A stretch of 64,000 bases of DNA from Alphaproteobacteria bacterium (GCA_017534945.1 JAFXVB010000026.1:1034-65033), one strand, 5' to 3'. Shown: positions 16,494-26,364, counted from the stretch's first letter. Notes: generated by a model from the sequence alone, not told the origin. Numbers and translations are program-made.

Positions 16494-18443
16494 TTATTTT
16501 TTATCTGCTCTATATGCAATAAATCCGCCAAGAAATGCTATAAACATTATTATTAAAAACCATACATCACGCCCCAATAATCTGTATACAGTCATATGCG
16601 AACCATGCACAGTCCCATCCAACACACCAATTTGTCCAATTGGCAATTGTGAAATTATTTTTCCGTCCGCCCCAACAAAGGCGCTTATACCTGAATAATT
16701 TGCCCGTATTACCGGCACCCCCGATTCAATTGATGCCCGACGCACCATATCCAAATGTTGATATGTTCCTGGGGTTTTACCGAACCATGTATCATTTGTA
16801 ATATTTATAATTGCATCAACCGCGTCATTTTTTACAACCGCCCCAGAAAACAAAATTTCATAACACACCGCCGGCGCAAACAATAAATTTTTCCCAGATT
16901 CCATGCGTACAGGCATAATACGCGCACCATCACCCGCCGTTAAATTTGCAGGCGCCGGTATAAACTTAATCGGCCCATATTCCCCAAACGGAACAAGATG
17001 AGATTTATCATACACATCATCTATGCCACCCTTTGCATTTGCCAAAACCAAAGAATTATAAACTTTGCCTTCATCAAAAACAGTTGAACCAACAATCACA
17101 GGCTTATGCAATTTTATGGCTATTGGCATTTCATCACCATATTTACGTAATACAAAAGGATACGATGTTTCCGGATAAACAATCAAATCAACATCACGCA
17201 CATCACCCGACAACTTTACTAATTCATCAACCCTAAGTTTTGCCTGATTCAATGCATCTGCACGCGACAACGAAATTTTTCGTGCCTGGGTTGTCACCGG
17301 CTGAACAATCCGCACAACAACATTTGAATCCCCAATATTTGATACAGAAATATTTTTATTCGCATACAATATTCCGCCACACAACAATACAGTAAAAAAC
17401 ATTAACACAAACCAATTTATTCTGTACTTTGGCGCACGCAAAATTTGAACAACAACCGCAATCAATCCTGTTATCACAAAAGTCAACCCAAACGCCCCAA
17501 ACAAGGACATAGAATTAGAAATCAATGGAAAAGATAACATTATATTTGAAATTGGATTCCATGGAAAGCCAGTTAAAAACCATTCACGCAACCACAAAAC
17601 AAAAACACATCCACCCGCAAACAAAAACGGTTTTACCCCAGTTTTAATGTATATACAACGCGTCAATACAAATGGAATTGTAAATATAATTGCACCAAAA
17701 ATCCCAATCCCAATAAGTATAGGCACAGTCCAAATCGCAAATTGTTGTGTCAATTCTGGAACCACATATATTGAATTTGTTGTCCACCAAAACATTGAAA
17801 TCGCATACATCGCACCAAAAGGAACCGCACGCAACCATGTACGCCAAAAACCAACCTTACCATCACCTGTGCACAACACCCAATACGCCCCCATAATTGC
17901 AAGTACGGTTATCCACCACATATTAAACGGCGCATATCCCAACGGTGCAACCGCACCAAACAATGCACATAGCGCATATTTCCACCAAGAAAACTTTACA
18001 TCGTTTTCATACGGATTTTTAATACCTAATTTTTTTAAAACAGAAATTTCTTTACCTTCCATAATTTCAGCTTCTGCATCTGTTAAATGATCATACCCCA
18101 ACAAATGAAACATACCATGCACAACCATATGCGCAACATGATCTTCAACAGAAATACCCGCATCCGCCGCTTCACGTTTCACCGTATCCAGCGATATATA
18201 AATATCACCCAACAAAATATCATCACCTAATTCAAAAGATAAAACATTGGTTGCTTTATCGACATTTCTATACATCTTATTAAGACGGTGAATCTCTTTG
18301 TCGTCTGTCAAATTAATTGACACTTCGGCATCTTTATATTTTCGCCCAACAACTGCATTTGCAATTTTTTCAAAATCGATATTATACTTTTTCCAAGATT
18401 TATTATTGTAATTCACATAAACTTTCATATTCGCCACCACCAA
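16494..18443 (-). CDS. in-frame fusion of rRNA maturation RNase YbeY (N-terminal) and apolipoprotein N-acyltransferase Lnt (C-terminal)
   Basis: The first ~150 aa carry the YbeY zinc motif HGMFHLLGYDH. The remaining ~500 aa have multiple TM segments plus the CN-hydrolase triad context YPETSYP, YDKSHLVPFGEY and PAVCYEILF. There is no stop or alternative ATG between the parts. Confidence 0.85.
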   Translation of the reverse strand: MVVANMKVYVNYNNKSWKKYNIDFEKIANAVVGRKYKDAEVSINLTDDKEIHRLNKMYRNVDKATNVLSFELGDDILLGDIYISLDTVKREAADAGISVEDHVAHMVVHGMFHLLGYDHLTDAEAEIMEGKEISVLKKLGIKNPYENDVKFSWWKYALCALFGAVAPLGYAPFNMWWITVLAIMGAYWVLCTGDGKVGFWRTWLRAVPFGAMYAISMFWWTTNSIYVVPELTQQFAIWTVPILIGIGIFGAIIFTIPFVLTRCIYIKTGVKPFLFAGGCVFVLWLREWFLTGFPWNPISNIMLSFPLISNSMSLFGAFGLTFVITGLIAVVVQILRAPKYRINWFVLMFFTVLLCGGILYANKNISVSNIGDSNVVVRIVQPVTTQARKISLSRADALNQAKLRVDELVKLSGDVRDVDLIVYPETSYPFVLRKYGDEMPIAIKLHKPVIVGSTVFDEGKVYNSLVLANAKGGIDDVYDKSHLVPFGEYGPIKFIPAPANLTAGDGARIMPVRMESGKNLLFAPAVCYEILFSGAVVKNDAVDAIINITNDTWFGKTPGTYQHLDMVRRASIESGVPVIRANYSGISAFVGADGKIISQLPIGQIGVLDGTVHGSHMTVYRLLGRDVWFLIIMFIAFLGGFIAYRADKK

Positions 18444-18454
18444 AACAAAATTTA

Positions 18455-20227
18455 CTATTCTCTATTTCCAAACAATCCGCGCAAAAATTTTTTCGAAGAT
18501 TGATTTTGTTTAACTTTATTTGCCCCATTATTAAATTTATCCGCATTATTCATATTTAATTTATCTAACATGGATTGCGCAACGCTATTACCATATTGCA
18601 CAGCATGTTTATAATATTTTTTAGCAGATTTTATATCACCTTTTTTTTCATACGCCAAACCCAAATTAAAATACGAAGCAGACAAATCTTCATCACTTCC
18701 AATTTCCAAAGCCTTCATAGACATCTCGATAGATTTATCATAATCTTGATAATGGATATAAGTAATTGCCAAATCATTAAACAAATCCGGACTTACACCT
18801 TCCAATTCAATAACTTTATTAAATCCACGCAAAGCCGTTTCGTAATCTTTTGATTTATATGCCGCCAATGCTTGGTTATAAACTTTTTGTCTTTCACCAA
18901 CGAACAGAAATCTATCAATATCGGCACAATAACCACACACAACATCTTTATATTTTGACGACCTTTGCACAACCTGACACACGCTTACACCATTTTCAAC
19001 GACACCGTTACAAATAACACTTTTTGCCTCATACAAATTTACCTTTGAAAAATCTTTACGCAATTTATCAAAATACCGATTTGAATACGATACAGCCGAT
19101 GCCCTTTTGCAATCGATTTGAACACCGAACATATCCTGTCCATAATTATCAATATCTAATAACATCAATATTTCATGTACCCGACGTCCTTTTAATCCCG
19201 AAAAATTTTCGAGTCTGGTTTTATCAACATCATCGTCAACATACAACAAATATTTTGCCCATGATTCACGATTATTTGGATATTTTTTTATATACTGACA
19301 AAATTTTTTAGCACACGCAGGCGAATTAAATAATACAGAACAAATAACATTCAAATCTCGCGGCGTTAAATCAACACCGCTGTTTTCTAATTCCGCACAC
19401 ATCTGGTTAAAATTATAACCATTATCCATGGTAAAGAACCACCAACGAATACCATCATAAACTTCATTATCTGTCAATCCACGCGGAACTTTTTTTCCTT
19501 TTTGACGTGGATATTGATTGTACATCAAAGATGCCTTGGCCGCCTTTGCGCAAGTAAAATCATATGGATGATTTACATCTGGTAAATAATATAAACCAAC
19601 CCCCAAAGTATTTTTTACACCTGTTTTATTATCACAAAACCAATCCGTTCTATAATTTTCTGTAGAAAACAAAGTCGCCTGGGTATATGCAAAATTTTCC
19701 AACACAATCCGTTTTATTTCTGCACGACTTGTCATTTTATATTTGGTATTTAATTTTTTATCAATATTTGCTTCCTTTTGTGCAACTTCTAAACTTACTG
19801 TTTTACCTGCACCTGGGCGTTTATCTTTTATTTCTTTACGCACACCATCCGCATCTTTATTAGATTTTTTCATATTGGCGACATTAACCCCACCAATCAA
19901 CATACCCAACATCGCCCACCAAATTGCAAGCGCAGACAAGTTTGGATTTTTCTTTATAAATGCCTGAAATTTCTTTTCATATCCATTTTTATCTTTACCA
20001 ACATTTATATCAGCCAATTTTTTTTCTAACCGTCGCAATATTTTATTATCCAATGCGACCAATTTAACAAAGCGCATCATAAATTCAGCCAATCCCATAC
20101 CAACCAAAGCCGAACCCTTTAAAAACTTTTTTGCCTTGGTATCTGGATTCATATTGGAAACATTTTTACGACCACGACGCATCAAATCAATCGGCTTTTT
20201 TATAGCATTTCTGTATTTTTCCGTCAT
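18455..20227 (-). CDS. membrane-anchored protein with GH24 lysozyme-like middle region and C-terminal TPR repeats
   Basis: 590 aa with a TM at LSALAIWWAMLGMLIGGV. STENYRTDWFCDNKTGVKNTLGVG and LNVICSVLFNSP...SGLKGRRVHEILML resemble the T4-lysozyme-type E..D..T and GL..RR..E motifs. The C-terminal YNQALAAYKSKDYETALRGF...YFNLGLAYEKKGDIKSAKKYY is TPR-like. Confidence 0.5.
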   Translation of the reverse strand: MTEKYRNAIKKPIDLMRRGRKNVSNMNPDTKAKKFLKGSALVGMGLAEFMMRFVKLVALDNKILRRLEKKLADINVGKDKNGYEKKFQAFIKKNPNLSALAIWWAMLGMLIGGVNVANMKKSNKDADGVRKEIKDKRPGAGKTVSLEVAQKEANIDKKLNTKYKMTSRAEIKRIVLENFAYTQATLFSTENYRTDWFCDNKTGVKNTLGVGLYYLPDVNHPYDFTCAKAAKASLMYNQYPRQKGKKVPRGLTDNEVYDGIRWWFFTMDNGYNFNQMCAELENSGVDLTPRDLNVICSVLFNSPACAKKFCQYIKKYPNNRESWAKYLLYVDDDVDKTRLENFSGLKGRRVHEILMLLDIDNYGQDMFGVQIDCKRASAVSYSNRYFDKLRKDFSKVNLYEAKSVICNGVVENGVSVCQVVQRSSKYKDVVCGYCADIDRFLFVGERQKVYNQALAAYKSKDYETALRGFNKVIELEGVSPDLFNDLAITYIHYQDYDKSIEMSMKALEIGSDEDLSASYFNLGLAYEKKGDIKSAKKYYKHAVQYGNSVAQSMLDKLNMNNADKFNNGANKVKQNQSSKKFLRGLFGNRE

Positions 20228-20242
20228 GCCTATATCCTTTTT

Positions 20243-20605
20243 TTATTTATGTCCCAATCCAGATTTCTTTGCGATTTTTGAACGCACACGCGCATAATTT
20301 GGCGCAACAAAAGGATAATCATCCGGCAAATCCCACTTTGCCCTATATTGTTCTGGGGTCATATTAAAACGGCGTTTTAAATACCGTCGCAACATAATAT
20401 GCCATGTCCCATCTTCCAAACATTGAATTTTGTCTGGACGCACCGATTCGGCGATTTGTTGCGGTGAAACATTTGTTCCACGCAAAGTTGCACGCGCGGC
20501 ATTTACCGCATCAGCCATAGAAAGCCCGGGATTATGCGCCATTGCGGCCGCGGCCAAGTTTGCAACTGCCAAAGTGAATTCATCTGATTTCGTATTATTT
20601 ACCAT
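20243..20605 (-). CDS. mucR: Ros/MucR family transcriptional regulator, zinc-ligand-deficient variant
   Basis: CLEDGTWHIMLRRYLKRRFNMTPEQYRAKWDLPDDYPFVAPNYARVRSKIAKKSGLG aligns with the Ros core CLECG..FK.LKRHL..HH.MTPEEYR.KWDLP.DYPMVAP.YA..RS.LAK..GLG. Confidence 0.85.
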   Translation of the reverse strand: MVNNTKSDEFTLAVANLAAAAMAHNPGLSMADAVNAARATLRGTNVSPQQIAESVRPDKIQCLEDGTWHIMLRRYLKRRFNMTPEQYRAKWDLPDDYPFVAPNYARVRSKIAKKSGLGHK

Positions 20606-20677
20606 TTGCCAAAAACCCTTTTATTTACTACAATTATACCACAAATAAACAACAAATAAAATTAAAGTCAAATTATA

Positions 20678-21958
20678 ATGAACACCAACAATCGCCCTTT
20701 GGCCGACCAAATGAGACCAACAACAATTTTCGAAGTTGTCGGGCAAACAAACCTGCTTGGTGAAAATGGGTTAATACGCCGCATGGTGGACAATCATAAC
20801 CTGTCTAACATAATTTTATGGGGGCCGCCGGGATGTGGCAAAACGACAATTGCACGCGCATTGGCACAATCTGTGGATATGGATTTTGTTCCAATGTCCG
20901 CTGTTTTTTCTGGCTCGGCCGATATTAAAAAAGCCATGGATGCGGCACGCATGAATCGCGACATTGGTCGCAACACACTTTTGTTTATTGACGAAATCCA
21001 CCGCTTTAACAAAACACAACAAGATACATTATTACCATATCTGGAAGATGGCACCGTTGTCTTTATTGGTGCAACCACCGAAAACCCCAGTTTTAATTTG
21101 AATAACGCATTATTATCACGTTGCCACATTGGGGTTTTAACTGCGCTGAACACCGACGATTTAATGATTTTAATTGATCGTGCCGAAAAATTTTTAGATA
21201 AAAAATTACCTTTGACCATGGATGCAAAAATACACCTTGGGCAAATGGCGGACGGCGATGCGCGATTTTTATTAAACACAATTGAATATATTGCAAATGC
21301 AAATTTCAATCACGATTTAACACCAGACGAATTGGACAACGCGATTCAAAAACGCGCACCTTTAAGTGATAAAAGCGGCGATGAACATTACAACCTAATA
21401 TCGGCTGTTCATAAATCTTTACGTGCCAGTGATACCGACGCCGCACTATATTGGGTTGCACGCATGATGACATCAGGCCAAGACCCAAAATATATATTCC
21501 GCAGATTAACCAGATTTGCAATGGAAGACATCGGCCTTGCCGATCCAAATGCATTACAAATTGCGATATCTGCATGGAACGCATACGAACGATTGGGCAG
21601 TCCCGAAGGCGACATCGCATTAACAGAATTGGTTGTATACCTGGGTACCGCACCAAAAAGTAATGCATGCGATCGCGCAATACATGCATCATACAGTGCG
21701 GCGCAAAAAACAGGCAGCCTGCCCCCACCAAAAAATATTTTGAATGCCCCAACCAAAATGATGAAAAATATGGGATACGGCGCAGGATACATTTACGAAC
21801 CAGATACCGCTTTGGGTTTTTCCGGTCAAAACTGTTTTCCTGAAAAAATGTCACGACAAAGGTTTTATACCCCGGTTGAACGCGGATTTGAACGCGAAAT
21901 AAAAAAACGCATTGATTATTGGGATGGTTTGCGCAATAAAATAAACAGCAAAAAATAA
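20678..21958 (+). CDS. rarA: replication-associated recombination protein A (RarA/MgsA AAA+ ATPase)
   Basis: 426 aa with Walker A GPPGCGKTT, Walker B LFIDEIHRFNK, and a C-terminal MgsA domain (DEHYNLISAVHKSLRASD, DALYWVARM). Confidence 0.9.
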   Translation: MNTNNRPLADQMRPTTIFEVVGQTNLLGENGLIRRMVDNHNLSNIILWGPPGCGKTTIARALAQSVDMDFVPMSAVFSGSADIKKAMDAARMNRDIGRNTLLFIDEIHRFNKTQQDTLLPYLEDGTVVFIGATTENPSFNLNNALLSRCHIGVLTALNTDDLMILIDRAEKFLDKKLPLTMDAKIHLGQMADGDARFLLNTIEYIANANFNHDLTPDELDNAIQKRAPLSDKSGDEHYNLISAVHKSLRASDTDAALYWVARMMTSGQDPKYIFRRLTRFAMEDIGLADPNALQIAISAWNAYERLGSPEGDIALTELVVYLGTAPKSNACDRAIHASYSAAQKTGSLPPPKNILNAPTKMMKNMGYGAGYIYEPDTALGFSGQNCFPEKMSRQRFYTPVERGFEREIKKRIDYWDGLRNKINSKK

Positions 21959-21984
21959 AGCGCCATTTGGCACTTTATTTTTTT
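21959..21984 (+). terminator. probable terminator after rarA
   Basis: Imperfect stem AGCGCCA/TGGCACT followed by TTATTTTTTT. Confidence 0.45.
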
Positions 21985-22723
21985 AGAATAAAATATTCAA
22001 AAACAATCCAACGGTTGAATCTTCTTTTTCATATTCATACGCATATGTCGCGCCATACTGTGTCCGTCCAAATTGTTTAATCAATTTGAATTTCAACCAT
22101 TCACGATCATACGCCGGATTTGTTGCCACACGCGCAGTAAACGCCGTACCAATCCGCCAACCTTCGATTAAACGGAAATATGCCTCTGGTGTAAAATCAA
22201 TATACGACATACCACGTGTATCATCAAATACCCAAGTGGATTTAACAGTACCCGCCAATGTCACACCCGCCCATTGCCGACCAACACGCAATCCTGCAAA
22301 ATATGTTGATTTTGCAAAATCAGGTTCACGCACATGACGATTTCCTGCAAAACGCGCACCAAACAAAATATCAGTTGCAACATGTGCAGAATTATCATCT
22401 GCCAATCCCGCACGATACGCACCATTTAATTCAACACTGGAAAAACCGCGTTCTTTGCGTGCGCGTACAAAATCAAATTGATAATGCACATTGGCACCCA
22501 TATTTAACCGATTGTTCATGCCGTATTCAAACGATTGACCCAAACGTAAAATATCATTACCGTATTCAACGCCGGTGTTTGACAGCAAATGCTCGGTTTC
22601 CAGCATATACAACGGATCCGAAGTATCTGCATTTAAATAATCTTCATCCGCCGCATACGCTGAACCAAACGCAATCACAGTTCCAACAAAACCACACAAC
22701 AACTTTTTCATACTAAACATCAC
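21983..22723 (-). CDS. outer-membrane beta-barrel protein
   Basis: 246 aa with the signal peptide MKKLLCGFVGTVIAFGSAYA, an alternating aromatic/hydrophilic pattern, and a C-terminal Phe (LNILF). Confidence 0.6.
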   Translation of the reverse strand: MMFSMKKLLCGFVGTVIAFGSAYAADEDYLNADTSDPLYMLETEHLLSNTGVEYGNDILRLGQSFEYGMNNRLNMGANVHYQFDFVRARKERGFSSVELNGAYRAGLADDNSAHVATDILFGARFAGNRHVREPDFAKSTYFAGLRVGRQWAGVTLAGTVKSTWVFDDTRGMSYIDFTPEAYFRLIEGWRIGTAFTARVATNPAYDREWLKFKLIKQFGRTQYGATYAYEYEKEDSTVGLFLNILF

Positions 22724-22730
22724 TTATTAT

Positions 22731-23900
22731 TTAAAACTGGAACATTACTTGCAGACCCACAGACCATTCACGATTCTTGGACAATTTCACAGGGAAAATT
22801 TGACTTGGATCCATAAAATCGGCCGCTGTGATTGGTAAATTACCCATATGCAAATCTTTCACTTTACCGTCTGCACTATCATACAAAGATGTTTTTGCAT
22901 ACAAATTCAAAGCGAAATAATCATTTGGTTGCCAACCGAACGCACCTTTGATTGAAAACTGATTATGCCAATCATATGCACCATACAAACCTTCTAAATT
23001 CAAAGTCCAATCTTCGGCCAACACAGTCCAAACACCCAATCCGGCTTCACCCATCCACAAAGTATCTTTGCTTTCGCCATACACTAACATTGCCCATGTG
23101 GTATCATCAGCCATATAATCGCCATAGTAATCACCTTCCATATTTACGGCCCATCCACGCAACAAACCATAGATTGTTGATGTCGCAACTTTATAACCAG
23201 CCTTTAAATCAGCAATAAAGTAATCCACACCATGTTTTTGATGTTCGTAATATCCAGATACAGTGGCAATCCAATCATTTGTATCAACAATGCGCCCCTG
23301 TAATCCCAAACCATAAACGTTCAGTCCTTTATTTTTGTATACATCGGTCCCACCTGTATCAACATCCTTCCATGTCAATTTATCTTTGTTATATTTTGCC
23401 ATACCTTGCAAAGCGATTCTATCTGTCAATCCAAAACTTAAATCTTCTTTGATTGACCATTCGCCTAATTTTCTATCAACCGCACCGGTATCATTTTCGA
23501 ATCTGTATTTACCCTCTAAATATTCACCAGTTGTGACAGAACCAAATTGACCCTGTAAAGGTTGATAAAAAGGATTCGCGATAAAATATTTGCGTTTCAT
23601 CGTCTTTTTATATGTTTTACCTTTGACATATGTATCCTTTGCCACCATTGGTTGTTCCGCACGTTGTGAACGATATGTTTCAATACCGTCATATGCACCC
23701 GCACGACTAACACGATGTTGTGTATAACGCGGTGCATAATCATCGTGATAAGATTCCGAAGAACTACGATTAATTCTTATTGTATCACCTTCTGCATTTT
23801 GCATATTGATACTTTGATACATACTGCTACGACTGGTTGCGGCATTTGCCATACCAACAACAGATAAAACAGCCATAAATCCTAAAAATTTCATATTCAT
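22731..23900 (-). CDS. outer-membrane beta-barrel protein / porin-like
   Basis: 389 aa with the signal peptide MNMKFLGFMAVLSVVGMANA. It is Tyr/Gly/Trp-rich with beta-strand periodicity and ends in the signature VMFQF. Confidence 0.6.
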   Translation of the reverse strand: MNMKFLGFMAVLSVVGMANAATSRSSMYQSINMQNAEGDTIRINRSSSESYHDDYAPRYTQHRVSRAGAYDGIETYRSQRAEQPMVAKDTYVKGKTYKKTMKRKYFIANPFYQPLQGQFGSVTTGEYLEGKYRFENDTGAVDRKLGEWSIKEDLSFGLTDRIALQGMAKYNKDKLTWKDVDTGGTDVYKNKGLNVYGLGLQGRIVDTNDWIATVSGYYEHQKHGVDYFIADLKAGYKVATSTIYGLLRGWAVNMEGDYYGDYMADDTTWAMLVYGESKDTLWMGEAGLGVWTVLAEDWTLNLEGLYGAYDWHNQFSIKGAFGWQPNDYFALNLYAKTSLYDSADGKVKDLHMGNLPITAADFMDPSQIFPVKLSKNREWSVGLQVMFQF

Positions 23901-23921
23901 AAAAAACTCCTTTCTGGGTTT

Positions 23922-23930
23922 ATTATATCA
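23922..23930 (-). promoter_or_regulatory. extended -10 element (TGATATAAT) upstream of the porin-like gene
   Basis: The minus strand reads TGTGATATAAT about 20 nt before AAAGGAG and the ATG at 23900. There is no good -35 box. Confidence 0.35.
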
Positions 23931-23977
23931 CAAAAACACTGTATAAAAAAGCCATAATTACGCTTTAATAAAAATAA

Positions 23978-24070
23978 GTTATAACGGTATATGCGTAATT
24001 GTTTATGAGTGCAGTGTACAAGCGCTACATAAATGAATAAACAACAAGCAGATATGCCATACATATTAAC
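23978..24070. repeat. structured intergenic repeat, copy A1
   Basis: GTTATAACGG...ATTGTTTATGAGTGCAGTGTACAAGCGCTACATAAATGAATAAACAACAAGCAGATATGCCAT. It is homologous to 24072-24176 and 49745-49848. Confidence 0.85.
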
Positions 24071-24071
24071 A

Positions 24072-24176
24072 AAAACAGGTTATAATGGTATAGATGCGCA
24101 ATTGTTTGCGAATGTAGTGTACAAATGCTACATGAATGAGCAAACAACAAGCAGATATGCCATTATAACCTGTTTT
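24072..24176. repeat. structured intergenic repeat, copy A2, enclosed by a perfect 17-bp inverted repeat
   Basis: AAAACAGGTTATAATGG (24072-24088) pairs with CCATTATAACCTGTTTT (24160-24176). The inner palindrome is TTGTTTGC...GTAGTGTACAAATGCTAC...GCAAACAA. The element overlaps the ftsK stop codon. Confidence 0.85.
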
Positions 24177-26364
24177 ATAATATGTGCCGTTTATTATTCG
24201 CATCTGGCGCACTCACCACACCCTCTTGTTCCATGCGTTCCATAAATCCAGCCGCCTTGTTATACCCAATTCCCAAACGACGCTGGATATATGAAATTGT
24301 TGGTTTTTTATCACGAATAACAACTTCTTTTGCCTGGGTATATAAATCTGCATCTTTACCCGCTTTTATCTCTGTCGCAGACGGCGCAGTCCCAGATACA
24401 CCACCATCATCTTCACCACTATCTGTGACACCGGCGGCATATTCTGGTTCTCCTTGGGAACGCAAGAAATCCCCAATTCGAGTTAATTCATCATCGGCAA
24501 TAAACGCCGCATGAATACGCACAGGCACCCTGCCCGCTTCACTGAACAACATATCACCCATCGCTAACAATTGTTCTGCACCCTTTTCACCAAGTGTAGT
24601 CATAGAATCAATCACACTGCGCGCTTGGAAAGAAACGCGTGTTGGGAAATTCGCCTTTATAACACCAGTAATTGTTGTCGCATCTGGTCTTTGCGTTGCC
24701 ATAACCAAATGAATACCCGCCGCACGCGCCTTTTGCGCAATACGTTGTACACATGCCTCTACCTCTTTACGTGCCAAACTCATAAGGTCTGCAACCTCAT
24801 CAATTATAATCACGATATACGGCATATCTGCCAAATCAACCTCTTGGGTTTCGAATAACATTTCGCCTGTTTCTGGGTCTGTGCCAATTGCGACCTGTTG
24901 GGTCAATACTTCACCAGCTTCGCGTTTCGCCGCAACGATTTCGTTATAACTTTCTATATTACGCGCATTTACAACCTGCAACTGTTTATAACGATCTTCC
25001 ATTTCACGCACAGCCCATTTCAATGCATTTACAGCCGCCGCCGGATCTAATTTCACAATCGGCGTAATAAGGTGTGGAATATCGTCCCAAAATCCAAAAT
25101 CAACACCCTTTGGATCAATGATTATCAATTTACATTTATCCGGTGTGAAATGATACACAATTGATGTAATAATCGTTTGCACAAACACAGATTTACCAGA
25201 CCCAGTGCGTCCTGCAATCAACATATGCGGCATTTTTGCCAAATCAAAATACATTGGATTACCACCAATATCCACCCCCAGCGCAAGTGGTATTTTATAC
25301 CGCGAATTTACAAACATATCATTTTCAATAAGTCCGCGGAATCGCACAGTTTGACGATTCAAATTCACCATTTCAACACCAATCAATTGCGTCGATGGAA
25401 TATGTGCAATACGAATATTTTCCGTCGCCATTGCGCGGGTCATATCCTTTACAGTTTTGGTGACTTCGGCAATTTTTGTTCCTTCGTCCGGCATAAATTC
25501 ATAAAGCGTCACAATCGGCCCCGGTCTAATACCGGTCACATGACCGAACACATTATATTCTGCGAAATGCACCTCCATCGCTTCGGCATTGCGTTTTAAT
25601 TCTGGGGTCACAACATTTTTACCAAATACAGATTCTTCCAAAAATTCGGGGTCTGGCATTTCATATTCTGTATCACCAATGACTTTTTTTGCCACCTTTC
25701 GCGGGGTGCGTTTTTTCTTTGGCTTTTCTTCTTCTTCATCTTCGTCATCTGTGGATTCTTGGACTGGCAAAATATGGAACGCAGATAACACCCACCGCAC
25801 CGATGACCAAACCAATTCTGCAACACGAATTACATATTCTAATTTAATGTTCAACAAAGTACCCGCCATCCAAAAAAATCCACCCAGACATAATATACCC
25901 ACAATAATTTGCCAATTACCCATAAACGCACCAAAATCACTTGATACAATTGCACCCAACATTCCACCGAACGAAGATGCCGGTATCAACATACCAAAAC
26001 CCGCACATCCCAAACACAATGCAATAAATCCACGCAATATATTATATTCTGGGGTATCTTCTTCGGTATATCCGGAACCAATAAAATGCACACCTGCGCG
26101 CATACAACAAAGGAATAAAAATATCATTGGAATAAAACCAAACACATAACGGGTAAAACCAACAAACCACCCCAATATCCCATGATTACCAAATGTACTG
26201 GAAACCGCCCATCCGTCCAAATAAGAATTATAAAACACCGCAGACAATATACAAATTCCGCCAAACAAAAACAATATCAGCCCCAGCAACCGCCAAGCCA
26301 AACTTTTCAATGCCCCAGAAAGTTTTTCCGGTAAAAATCTTGATGTCCTTTCCATATTGGGCAT
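24175..26364 (-). CDS. ftsK: DNA translocase FtsK
   Basis: 729 aa with N-terminal TM segments, an acidic/Lys linker, a motor domain with Walker A GRTGSGKS and IIDEVADLM, and a C-terminal gamma domain (ISYIQRRLGIGYNKAAGFMERME). Confidence 0.95.
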   Translation of the reverse strand: MPNMERTSRFLPEKLSGALKSLAWRLLGLILFLFGGICILSAVFYNSYLDGWAVSSTFGNHGILGWFVGFTRYVFGFIPMIFLFLCCMRAGVHFIGSGYTEEDTPEYNILRGFIALCLGCAGFGMLIPASSFGGMLGAIVSSDFGAFMGNWQIIVGILCLGGFFWMAGTLLNIKLEYVIRVAELVWSSVRWVLSAFHILPVQESTDDEDEEEEKPKKKRTPRKVAKKVIGDTEYEMPDPEFLEESVFGKNVVTPELKRNAEAMEVHFAEYNVFGHVTGIRPGPIVTLYEFMPDEGTKIAEVTKTVKDMTRAMATENIRIAHIPSTQLIGVEMVNLNRQTVRFRGLIENDMFVNSRYKIPLALGVDIGGNPMYFDLAKMPHMLIAGRTGSGKSVFVQTIITSIVYHFTPDKCKLIIIDPKGVDFGFWDDIPHLITPIVKLDPAAAVNALKWAVREMEDRYKQLQVVNARNIESYNEIVAAKREAGEVLTQQVAIGTDPETGEMLFETQEVDLADMPYIVIIIDEVADLMSLARKEVEACVQRIAQKARAAGIHLVMATQRPDATTITGVIKANFPTRVSFQARSVIDSMTTLGEKGAEQLLAMGDMLFSEAGRVPVRIHAAFIADDELTRIGDFLRSQGEPEYAAGVTDSGEDDGGVSGTAPSATEIKAGKDADLYTQAKEVVIRDKKPTISYIQRRLGIGYNKAAGFMERMEQEGVVSAPDANNKRHIL

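Noticed and set aside
20794-21854. Minus-strand ORFs of 171, 182 and 127 aa inside rarA
   Set aside because: All overlap the well-supported rarA gene on the opposite strand and have shadow-frame composition.
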